Shown here: positions 27,196 through 37,860 of the stretch, piece by piece
Numbering within the stretch: the first letter of the stretch is position 1
Layout: each line of letters begins with the position of its first letter
From: Octopus sinensis
Taxonomy: Eukaryota
NCBI RefSeq assembly: GCF_006345805.1
Contig: NC_043002.1
Span: forward strand, 31,248,001 to 31,312,000
Reading direction: 5' to 3'
Length of the DNA stretch: 64,000 nucleotides
Translations under genes and position numbers: made by a program
Notes under the pieces: model-generated
Seen by the model: the letters and a program-made list of their open reading frames with translations, nothing else
What the model was told of the DNA's origin: nothing
Database searches by the model: none

Positions 27196-27483
27196 TATAT
27201 ATATGTATGTATGTATGTACCTACGAATGTGTGAGAAAAGGAAGAAAATGGAGGTAGTGACATGCAATCATCAGTATCTTCAAAGATATTCAAATCCATA
27301 TAAGGAAAATCCTATCCTACAGCCGTTTCCATACCCAACGGGTATATTAAATAAATGTCATTTAAATTTTCATATTGAAACTGGTTAATTGGATATTTCA
27401 TCAGGGGAGAATTTTCTCGAAAGGTGGTTACATTTCAACGTGTGCGTTCTTTGAATGTGTGCATTGTTTAAAAGACCGTTGAT

Positions 27484-27770
27484 TTCATATATCTGTCTGT
27501 CTGTGTGTGTGTGTCTTCTAGGATATCGGGTATCCTCCATCCGACTGCGATCAAATTTGATATGTAGATACCGACGGTATCAGGGCGTGTATAAGTCTTG
27601 AAAAAAATAACAAAAATCCATTCCAGGCGAGAATGCGATCGATAAAACCATGGGAACGTGCATTTGTACGCGCAAGCACATCAGCTGTTGCGATCGATAC
27701 TACGCGTACGCGAGAAAAATGCTCGTGCAATTTGCGCCAAAAAAGCCGGCTGGCTTGAAATAATGCCACA
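27484..27770 (-). mobile_element. HINE-like element (opposite orientation)
   Basis: atatctgtctgtctgtgtgtgtgt...gatcaaatttgatatgtag...aagccggctggcttgaaa, i.e. a microsatellite near one end and a short GC palindrome near the other. Confidence 0.4.
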
Positions 27771-27831
27771 AAATGCAGTATATTTAAGAGACTAAATATG
27801 TAAGATGCAAAAGAGATATTTTCTTCAACTT

Positions 27832-28115
27832 GACATGGCACCTTCGGCGAGTGCCTTCTGCTGTAGCCTCGGGCCGACCAAAGCTTAGTGAGTGGATATC
27901 TGTGTATATGTTTGTGTGTCTGTGCTTGACCCCCCAACATCACTTGACAACCAATGCTGGTGTCTACATACCCGTATATAAGCGATTTGACAAAAGAGAA
28001 CAAAAGAATAAGTACTAGGCTTACAAAGAATAAGTTCTGTGGTCAATTTGCTCGACTAAAGGTCGTGCTCCAGCATGGCCGCAGTCAAAATACCTGACAC
28101 AAGTAAATGAATAAA
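27832..28115 (+). mobile_element. SINE family A, 5'-truncated
   Basis: tggcaccttcggcgagtgccttctgctgtagcctcgggccgacc...ctccagcatggccgcagtcaaa. Confidence 0.8.
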
Positions 28116-28512
28116 AGAATGTATATGTAAATATATGTAAAATATACATATTACTGATATATTAGCGTAATCTGATTATTCTACAGCAATCTGAATAATA
28201 TCAAAAAGAAGAGATGTCAGGATGGATGCATATTTAATCTTTAAAAGTCAATTTTCATGAGTTTCTTTATTTTAGATATTTCATATCGCCATGATTGCCC
28301 CAATTTAGAATTTAGTTAAAGAAATATTGATTTTATTCAATATCATCGAATTAAACTATCAAAACAATGATGGAACGAGAGGATATTGAAGAAGGAAAAC
28401 AAAACAAAACTAAATCGTAGAGCGGAAGGAAAAATCAAAAGAATGTATATTTGTAGATAAAAGAGACGAAAGCAAAACAAGTACCACTCACATATTCAAT
28501 ACATTTTCTCCA

Positions 28513-28528
28513 TTATTATTATTATTGC

Positions 28529-28610
<82 letters not shown>

Positions 28611-28771
28611 TTGTAATCATTGTAGCTGATGCTGTCGTTGGGTTTTTTGTCGTCGTTTGCTTTCTTAAGATTATTATTGTTTTCTTCTTCTACTTTTTCT
28701 ACTTCTTCCACTCCCTCTTCTTCTTCTTCTTTTCCTCCTCCTCCTTCTTCTCATTATTATTATTATTATTA

Positions 28772-28816
<45 letters not shown>

Positions 28817-28989
28817 TTACTATTATTATTATTGTTGTTGTTGTTGTTTATTTATTTGTTTGTTTAGTTTTTATTTATTTAAAACATTAAAAAATCTAAG
28901 ATTATATGGTAAAATGGTGACAAAGAAAAGGAAAATATTGATATAGAACATGTCTGCAACAAAAAATAATAATAATAAAAATAATAACA

Positions 28990-29082
<93 letters not shown>

Positions 29083-29091
29083 TAATAATAA

Positions 29092-29143
<52 letters not shown>
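28513..29143. repeat. Cluster of (TTA)n, (TTC)n, (GAT)n and (AAT)n tracts
   Basis: Directly visible. Confidence 0.9.
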
Positions 29144-29144
<1 letters not shown>

Positions 29145-29282
29145 TGGAAAGCATTATGCTCAAATTAAAAAAAAAAGAAAGTTCCGACAGAGGAAATCTG
29201 TGTTGTTGAAAGACAGTCTTTAGAAATTTGCAAGGTTGCAGATGTGAATAGGTCAGGCAATGATTTTTTTCATGTCGTACTG

Positions 29283-29343
<61 letters not shown>

Positions 29344-29473
29344 TATATATATATATATATATACATATATACATATTGATATATAAATTTTTATACATAT
29401 TTCTGTATATATATATATACTTCCGTGTATGTGTTTATACATACGCCTGCCTCTACCTGAGAATATATGTATG

Positions 29474-29526
<53 letters not shown>

Positions 29527-30871
29527 GTTGCCTTTTTAATTTTATTTTATTTCTTGGCTTCACTTTCCAACATTATTTTCTTTTCTTTTCTCGGGGATTC
29601 CGATAATAATAGTAAATAATAGGAAAACGTCAAAGGAAAAATAAATATATTGAAAGATGAAAGAGGAAAAAAAATATCTTTGGTCGATGAAAAGGTTGGA
29701 CGGAGAGTCGGTCGGTTAGCTGTTTGGTTAGTTGTGCCGATGGTATGTATGTGAGACGGCAAAGTGGTTGGTTTTGCGAAAAGTGGAAAAGCGACAGAAG
29801 TCAAAACAAAAGAAAACATCTATCTTAAAAAAACACAGAGCCAAAAAAACATTCATTTAAGCTGATCTCGCAAATTCTTCAAAGGATTTTTCCAAATTAA
29901 GACAGTCACTCAATAGGAAAATAGTCTATTTGAAAAAATACAATTTTCTTGTCTTCACTGAACAGTAACGATTACACTTTTCCCTTACTTTTTGACATTT
30001 TTGTTTCTTCCTTTTTATATTTTGTTTAAACTGTTTCCAGGGATTTATTTTCATTGAACTTCCTGTTACGCATCCAGCACAATATGGCGGACGATATTTT
30101 CGCTGTATTTTCCTATGTTGTTTGTGTTATTTTTTACTTCTTTACTCAAATTACTTGTTCTTTAATTCTCTAAACTATTAGTGGCATTTCTGTACATGTT
30201 TACATTCTTTAATCTTTCTCATAGCCTTGTCATTATTTGTTGCTCCGATCAGAATGGATTAATGTTCATAGTCCATAACCCATAGACTGATGTTATTTTT
30301 TTGTTTTACTACTTCTTTATCAATCTCTCTACATATATCATTTTGATGTCGTCTTTTCTTCTTTCTAAATCACATTGTGTAGCTGTGTTAGTTAACAAGA
30401 TTTATTGACAAACTCTATTGTTCAGTATATCTAATACAATCGCTGCGAAACACTTCATTTATTTAATCAAAAGAAAGACGCGGAAATGCATCAGATACCA
30501 GAGAACTGCAATAATATTTTATTGTTTTGCAGTATTGATGGATGATCTGAGTTCGAAGCCGAACAGGGTGCTTATAGTATGTAGCAGTATTATACAAATC
30601 TCGGTTTAATCCTCTGTATTTTTGGACGCGTTAATCTTTGAATATTATTATGATTATTAATGAGAACAGTAGAAAGAGAAAATGGCAAAATACTGAAAAA
30701 TGCTGAGTGGTGTTCGTCACTAATTCAGACTAAATTACTGCGAAGATTATTTTTCTTATTTATCCAGTCACGATACTACAAGGAATATTCAAGTATAGAG
30801 ATTTACTAATGTACATCTCTCTCAGAAATGTGTCATTATGCAAATAAAAATTATTGTAATTTTTGATAATA

Positions 30872-30929
<58 letters not shown>

Positions 30930-30935
30930 TAATAA

Positions 30936-31450
30936 TCTGATCTTAACTGATTGGAAGTGTTATCATGTACATTGTTTTGTCTTGGTATAAAAGATGGGCT
31001 ACAGCAAATATTCTGCTCAATACCACAGATTTGCTTGTCAATTGTTTGACCTTAACAAGTTGAGCATATCCCTTAGTGGCTGACGATATGTGCATCTCTG
31101 ATCACGAGCAGAAGTAGTGGGGGTTCATTATAGCCTTGTGTCGAAAGGAATTCGTGGAGGTTTGGAAAATTCACTTTGGAAACATGGGTGATTCGTTTAA
31201 CATTCTTAAAAATCATCCTTATTCAGGGACGTTTTCAACGAGATGGGCTATTTGACCAGAAGAAAATTCTGACTGGGCCCCACCTGCAAGGTCATGTGCG
31301 GTTTATCTTGATATGAGATCACCATGTCGCGCGCATATGGTTGTGATGCATGTCCCTGGTGTACCCTTATCAGATAGGTAGTCATAAAGTGTATAGTGGG
31401 CTTCGTATATTTTACTCCAGTGTTACTTTGACGGCATGCACTGCTCACTC
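30936..31450 (-). mobile_element. Non-coding interspersed repeat embedded between two (AAT)n tracts
   Basis: ~515 bp of higher-GC sequence bounded by (AAT)n at 30865-30935 and 31451-31510. I recall it as a common octopus repeat; no ORF. Confidence 0.6.
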
Positions 31451-31481
<31 letters not shown>

Positions 31482-31514
31482 TAATAATAATAATAATAAT
31501 AATAATATAATACT

Positions 31515-31730
31515 CCTTTCTAGTAGAGGTACAAGGCATGTCTTTTGGGGAGGAGACGTAAGTCGACAAAATCGACCTCAGTGCGCAACTGGTACTTACT
31601 TCAACGATCCCGAAGGGATGAAAGGCAAAGTCGAATTTGGCGGAATTTGAACTCAGAACATAAAGACGGACGAAATGCCACTAAGAGCATTTTTGCCAGC
31701 TGTGCTAACGATTCTGCTATCTCGTCACCT
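31515..31730 (-). mobile_element. SINE family B
   Basis: ggtacttacttcaacgatcccgaagggatgaaaggcaaagtcg...gctaacgattctgc. Confidence 0.8.
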
Positions 31731-31739
31731 TAATAGTTA

Positions 31740-31980
<241 letters not shown>

Positions 31981-32399
31981 AACAATACGTATAATAACAT
32001 TTTTGATTAGATACTAGGGCTCACCTCAAAACATGAACATTACAAGGACAGAGGTACAAAATAGAGAAGGGTGTCGACGAATAATATATACAACAACAAT
32101 CATAATATAATTTTAAAATGAAAAGTTCCCCTATAATTCTCTAATAGAGAATTCGTGGAAACCCCACAAAACCACGATTACGCTGACCACTGGTGCTTTC
32201 TCCTATCTGCACCTCCCTAATTTTCAGACCCATACTTTGAGCACGCACGTCTATTCGATCCATTCCTACCACTCACATCCCATTCAGCAAATTTGAGGAA
32301 AGGCTGTACTTCCTTCCCTGTTCTCATTTTCCATTTCAAAAGAACCTTGAAAGATGTGTTTATGAAGCATTAGCCAAAGAGAAAAGTGCAGATCATTAG

Positions 32400-34400
32400 T
32401 TTTTTAGAACTTGTACATCTCAAAGCCTCTATCGATGGTGCTACCACATAAAATCTCCACGTTTCCCCGATCAAATGTAGGCGGTGGAATGATTTTCATC
32501 ATGAACGCAGCTGATCCTCGGATCATTCAAATATAATTCCACAAGTCAGCAATGTTCATGTACTAGATATATGCCAGCGTACAAAATGATTTCGTTGCCC
32601 TGCGCTCATTACGGACAGTCTCAGCTGACCGCACTGACTAATTTATAGCGCCTATCATGAATGCACAATGCCCCCATCCATACATAGGACAGGGATTTCG
32701 GGAAATTATCCACGATGATCCAGGTCAGAAAGTCTTCCAGAAACAGACATGACAATTGGTTTTGTTGATGCCCAGATTTTTCCCGATAATGTTCAGCATA
32801 ACCACAGTTCAGTTGTCAAGTGCCCTACGTTGATATTTAATTGACCTCAAACTGCTTCGGTGTTAGAGAAGATTTGTGGAAAGGAAGCATCTAAGGAACA
32901 GTGACCACAAATTTTCACAGATTCGAAATTGCTGGAGATGTCATATCATAAGCTTCGACATACTCAGTCCTCTATGCAGTGGGTGTGAACGGAATATGGA
33001 TCTCCTTACCAGTGGAAGGGTCATTTTCACAAAAAGAGGAGTGTATACACACAACTGCACTCAGGCGTGAACAGTAACAAAGCACGTTAGTTAGCCGGTA
33101 TAAAATGGCGCATGCTATGTGGACGTTCGACACACAGCTCTTCGCTTGGGCCCAGTTCTTTTCTATCTGAAGATGAGACACTCTGTTGCCGAGCTGTAGG
33201 TCTACCGATCTTTCCACATTAGGTTCTATTATCGCTTTGTATTCAGAGTATTGCCAATCCTTCCTTGTACTAGATGGCCGATTTTATGACTGTAACTCAT
33301 CCGCATATGCAGAACTTCCACACCAAATGTGAGGCGTGAATAAATCTGTAGCGAATGATGTATGTCTCTGCACTACAAATCCGACAATAAGCGACAACGC
33401 TTTCATAATTTTCTTGAAGAAAATATGGACGTCTCCTTTTAAGAAACTCATGACATAAAAATTATCAATCCATTCCCTTTCATTAGGCTCTAGTTTCCAC
33501 GGACACTGACGCTTCAAGGTTCACTGAACTGGAAAGCAACACAGCAAACTTAGATTCTTCTAATCTATTGTCCGTTGTTGTGGTTACCTGCTAAGAAACA
33601 AAATAAGATGTCACAAGCACATCATCTAAATCAGATACTCGACTCTCGTTCACTTAACAGGTTTTCCCTATTTCTGTGGTTGTTATTGGACTTTCGCCAC
33701 GTCCTACCTCTCTTTCTGGAAGTTAACATGCCTAAAAGATAGAGTTTGAAGTTCAACCTGCAATCTTGCCCAACATTGCATTAACTCGAGCCGTCAGATG
33801 AAAAGTTGCTGAAAAGCCACTCACACTTTGTTGTAAAGTTACATACCACAACGTGGTCCTTAGAACAACTTCCGTTTCCGCGCGATTTAAAGCATGCGCC
33901 TTAGCTTTGAAAACGCAAAACTCTTGTTTCATGATGGGAGATTGCTTGAAGGTCATCATAACCTCGAAAACGTTAGATAGTGGTACCTTTCTGTATTGAT
34001 TTTTCTAAGATTCTAGATTAATCTATTTTTCATACCTTATGAAACTGTATCGAATCTGTCCTAAACGCCTTTTCAAGATGAATCCTTCTTTCATTTGCCT
34101 TCAGCTGTGGGAAAAATGCCCTTAGGTGGTTCCATGCTTGCAATCTCTCGTCCTTCACACCTCTATTGGCAAAGGCTAGACCTTTCTATCTAGCAAGTAT
34201 ATTAGGTTTAAAATAGCTTCGATTCTCTTCTGATTTATTTGGCTGAAGAGTTCCGTTCGTATGCACGACAATATCTATTTGTTTTTGCACAGCTGACGCA
34301 CATCTAATATTTCAGTATCCTCTTCAATTGCAGCCATACAGCTGCCACATCCAAGAGAATATTTATTTCTAGTAGAACGTCCACTATCGTGGCATGCACC
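32400..34400 (-). pseudogene. Decayed protein-coding remnant, unclassified (probably an old transposon)
   Basis: ~2 kb with no microsatellites and higher GC. Minus-strand frames give long protein-like runs broken by stops and shifts (e.g. GLAFANRGVKDERLQAWNHLRAFFPQLKANERRIHLEKAF; MMTFKQSPIMKQEFCVFKAKAHALNRAETEVVLR). No motif I can name. Confidence 0.35.
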
Positions 34401-35379
34401 ATTAATCGATCAACGTATCAGTGTTTCAGGATTAATTCATTTTAAGAGGTTATTGAGTGGTTTCCTTCCGCAAACTTTGGTGGGGGATGGGGGGGGGGTC
34501 TGATGTCGACCGTCCCACAGTGATTGCCATGAATGAGAGAAGAGTTTTGTATCAGAACAGATTCAGGTAATTTTCTACTCCGGCTTAGTTTTTGGGTCTT
34601 TCTACTGGTCTACTCTTTTATATTATACGTCGGTTACCGGGAATCATTTGCTTTGTTCTACAATATGTTCTGGTATGGCCCAATGAATTATAGAATTTTT
34701 TTTTTTACTGCCGAAGGATCTCAATGGTTTAATCAAGCTTTATTCTTGCCCATGGTTCATCGGAAAACAATCAATTTTGTAATTGTTGGACTGTTATTAC
34801 TTTCATTTCTGAGAGGGTAACATATTGATACCTGTATACGAAATATTCCGTGCTGGTTATCATTTAGAAAGCTGTGTACTTCCAAAAAAACTCAACCGAA
34901 TTTGCTGTGAAGGTTCGTTTCAGATCTTTTTAGATATGTGAGGTCAAAGAAATAGGTTTGTTTATTGGCTTTTGTTCGGGTTTGACTCGCGGGCGCGCGC
35001 ACACGCACACACACACACACATATGGATAAATATTGTACATAAGTATATGTACGTGCACATTAATATACACATACACACGCATGCACACACGCCCTCAAA
35101 TATATGTAATAGTTAAATGAAGTTCATTTAAATGAAAAAGAAACTGAATAATAAGTATAGAAAGGATAGGCTTCAAGCGTAGATTAGGCTGTTATGAATA
35201 ATTTCATGTATTCATTTATACAGATGCAAACGCCATTCTACGGCACCAAGATTAATCCATATATTTCAACAGCTGCACGGTCTCTTCCTATCTTATACCA
35301 AACATTCCAAACCATTGAAAGACTTGCGTATATAATCGGTATAACAGCAGAGGACATTGTGCTCTCTGAGAGTCTGAGA

Positions 35380-35467
<88 letters not shown>

Positions 35468-35574
35468 GTGTGTATGTACGTATGTATGCGTAAATACATC
35501 CATAAGTATATATATAAATATATATATATACATATATATATGTATGTATGTATATATATATATATATATTATAT

Positions 35575-35628
<54 letters not shown>

Positions 35629-35693
35629 AAGTATGCAGGGTAGCGAATATATTTAGAAATGTCACTACCAGTGACCTACCATGCATAAAAATA

Positions 35694-36213
35694 GTGTACA
35701 TTTAAACATACGAGAAACTATTTTAACAGGCAATTTTACAAGCTAGAAGAAGGAGTCAAAACGACCAAAACCACATTTAAGAGAAATTTCGAAGGGAATG
35801 AAAAATAAAAACTTTGACTTTGTTATTTCTTTTTACGGTTATACCTAGGTTTCAAATTTTTTTAGCAAATAAAATAATTTGCTAGGCGAAATTCTCATCA
35901 GTAACCGCGCCATAGCATTAACAAATAATTTAGAGACAAATAACACGTTTCTCATCATTATATGTTATAATGTTTCAAATTCACCACGCAAGCACATTTT
36001 CAGTCGGCACCAAATGAAAAATGCCGAACTGATCTTCGAAATGCTAAAATCATATACGTAAAATATATATATATACGTAAAATTATATACATACACTATA
36101 TAAATATGTAAATTTCCCTTCGAAACTTCTCTCAACTGTAGTTTTGGTCGTTTTGACTTCTTCTTCTATCGTGTGAAATTACCTGTTGATTTCTCTTGTG
36201 TTTAAATGTACAC
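35694..36213. mobile_element. MITE with ~110-bp degenerate TIRs and TA target duplication
   Basis: gtgtacatttaaac...gaaggagtcaaaacgaccaaaac...gagaaatttcgaaggga (35694-35800) is the inverted match of 36115-36213. TA on both sides. Confidence 0.75.
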
Positions 36214-36216
36214 TAT

Positions 36217-36249
<33 letters not shown>

Positions 36250-36302
36250 ATTGGTGAATTGAAGAAATGGAGCTGAACGCAGATTGAACAGAAATCGTTT
36301 TA

Positions 36303-36392
36303 TTTCATTCTACACGTGTTTCGAAAGGCACAAATTACCAAAATCCGATTGAATAATGGGACCATATTGTGTCTTTCTCTTCAGAAGAAAAA
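36303..36392 (-). ncRNA. Mirror-image type I hammerhead ribozyme on the minus strand
   Basis: Reverse complement of the right-arm copy. CUGAAGA at 36384-36378 is intact and the predicted cleavage base is 36311. The 1-nt deletion just 5' of the core weakens helix I. Confidence 0.7.
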
Positions 36393-36572
36393 AGGAAATC
36401 CGTTGGAAAAACAAAAACAGAACAGAGGCGGAGCAAAAAACAAATCGAACTGTGCTCCTAAGAGCCCATGGCGAAACTGTTTATCAGTTTCGCCATGGGC
36501 TCTTAGGAGCACAGTTCGATTTGTTTTTTGCTCCGCCTCTGTTCTGTTTTTGTTTTTCCAACGGATTTCCTT

Positions 36573-36662
36573 TTTTCTTCCTGAAGAGAAAGACACAATA
36601 TGGTCCCATTATTCAATCGGATTTTGGTAATTTGTGCCTTTCGAAACACGTGTAGAATGAAA
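36573..36662 (+). ncRNA. Type I hammerhead ribozyme, intact core
   Basis: CUGAAGA at 36581-36587. Helix II GAAAGACACAA (36588-36598) pairs with UUGUGCCUUUC (36632-36642). GAAA at 36643-36646. Self-complementary helix III ACACGUGU. GUA cleavage triplet ends at 36654. Helix I UUUUCUUC/GAAUGAAA pairs 7 of 8. Confidence 0.85.
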
Positions 36663-36871
36663 TAAAACGATTTCTGTTCAATCTGCGTTCAGCTCCATTT
36701 CTTCAATTCACCAATAATGTTTTAATTTCAATTATCCGCACCAACGCACGGTTGCAACGCCAGATGGTTGTACCTCCAACCGTGCTGTTTACTGCTGTGA
36801 TTTTTGCTACTAAGGTATCGGTTAAACTTTTGATTAATCTACTACAAGGTTATTCATCTTTCTATTTCACA

Positions 36872-36920
<49 letters not shown>

Positions 36921-36969
36921 TTTTACTCTTTGTTTCAGTCAATTGAATGTGGCCATGCTGGAGCACCGC

Positions 36970-37007
<38 letters not shown>

Positions 37008-37727
37008 ACATATATATATATTAAGCAAGATATAAGTTAGAGGTTATGCAACCATCTGAGGGATAGATTTATCAGTAGGCCGCCATTTCTTATCTTCTGT
37101 CTCTCTTTATATATGTATATACATATGTATGTATGCATAGATACACACACACACACACGCACGCATGCCCACACACACCTGCGCACACACATATTTACAT
37201 GCGTATCGTATGTATGTTTATTTGCGTATGTGTTTATGCGTTTTTATCCATCAATAACAGTGTATCTCCACCATGTTTTGCGTATGCAAAACTTTGATTG
37301 CTCTTCAACTCAGGTAAAGCCTCATAGTCATTCCATGTTTTAAAAAATCTCATTAAGTTTCTGTAAATAAATCTATATTATTCTGTAAACAGAACCTGTA
37401 TGAAAAGTTGTTAAAATACATCATGTGTGTTACAGAACTATGCATATCTAATTGCACATATTTTCACCAAAAATTTTACATGAACTCTGAAGCCTCGTAT
37501 AGACCTCGGCGAAGAACCACTATTCCGTCATTCTAAGTTCAGCAAAAAAGTACTCCATTTTGGTGAGAGATAAATATTATTTAATAGACGCAGCACCCTG
37601 TTATTATGTATTATTAGATTCATATGTTGAGAAGTACCGGAGATATATTCATCAGGTACAAACCATATATCATAACGAACTAAATATAGAATGTAGGTAT
37701 AAAAAAGAGACACAGACAGAGACAAAG

Positions 37728-37860
37728 AATGAGGGAGTGACGGTTAGCTGGCAGAAACATTACCGCAATGTCAGAATGCTTAGTGATATTACGTCTCTAT
37801 GTTCGAATTCCGCCGAGGTTGACATTGTCTTTCATCTTTGCCTTTTCATCTTTACTTTTC
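37728..37860 (+). mobile_element. SINE family B, partial and degenerate
   Basis: agctggcagaaacattacc...gttcgaattccgccgaggttgacattgtctttcatc. Confidence 0.65.

Larger units (their letters stand above)
36241..36879. mobile_element. Non-coding palindromic element (inverted duplication plus ~155-bp unique tail), probably an inverted Penelope-like pseudo-LTR, inserted in (TA)n
   Basis: 36241-36479 is the reverse complement of 36485-36724 apart from one 1-nt indel near 36384/36581. The loop is 5 nt (tttat). (TA)n runs lie on both sides. It contains hammerhead motifs followed by AATAAA. Confidence 0.8.

Noticed and set aside
36316-36655. Mirror-image ORFs on both strands with near-identical peptides
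   Set aside because: A direct consequence of the DNA palindrome; the conserved signal is RNA structure, not protein.
37508-37522. 15-mer ggcgaagaaccacta shared with 58808-58822
   Set aside because: About one such match is expected by chance in 64 kb, and the flanks do not align.
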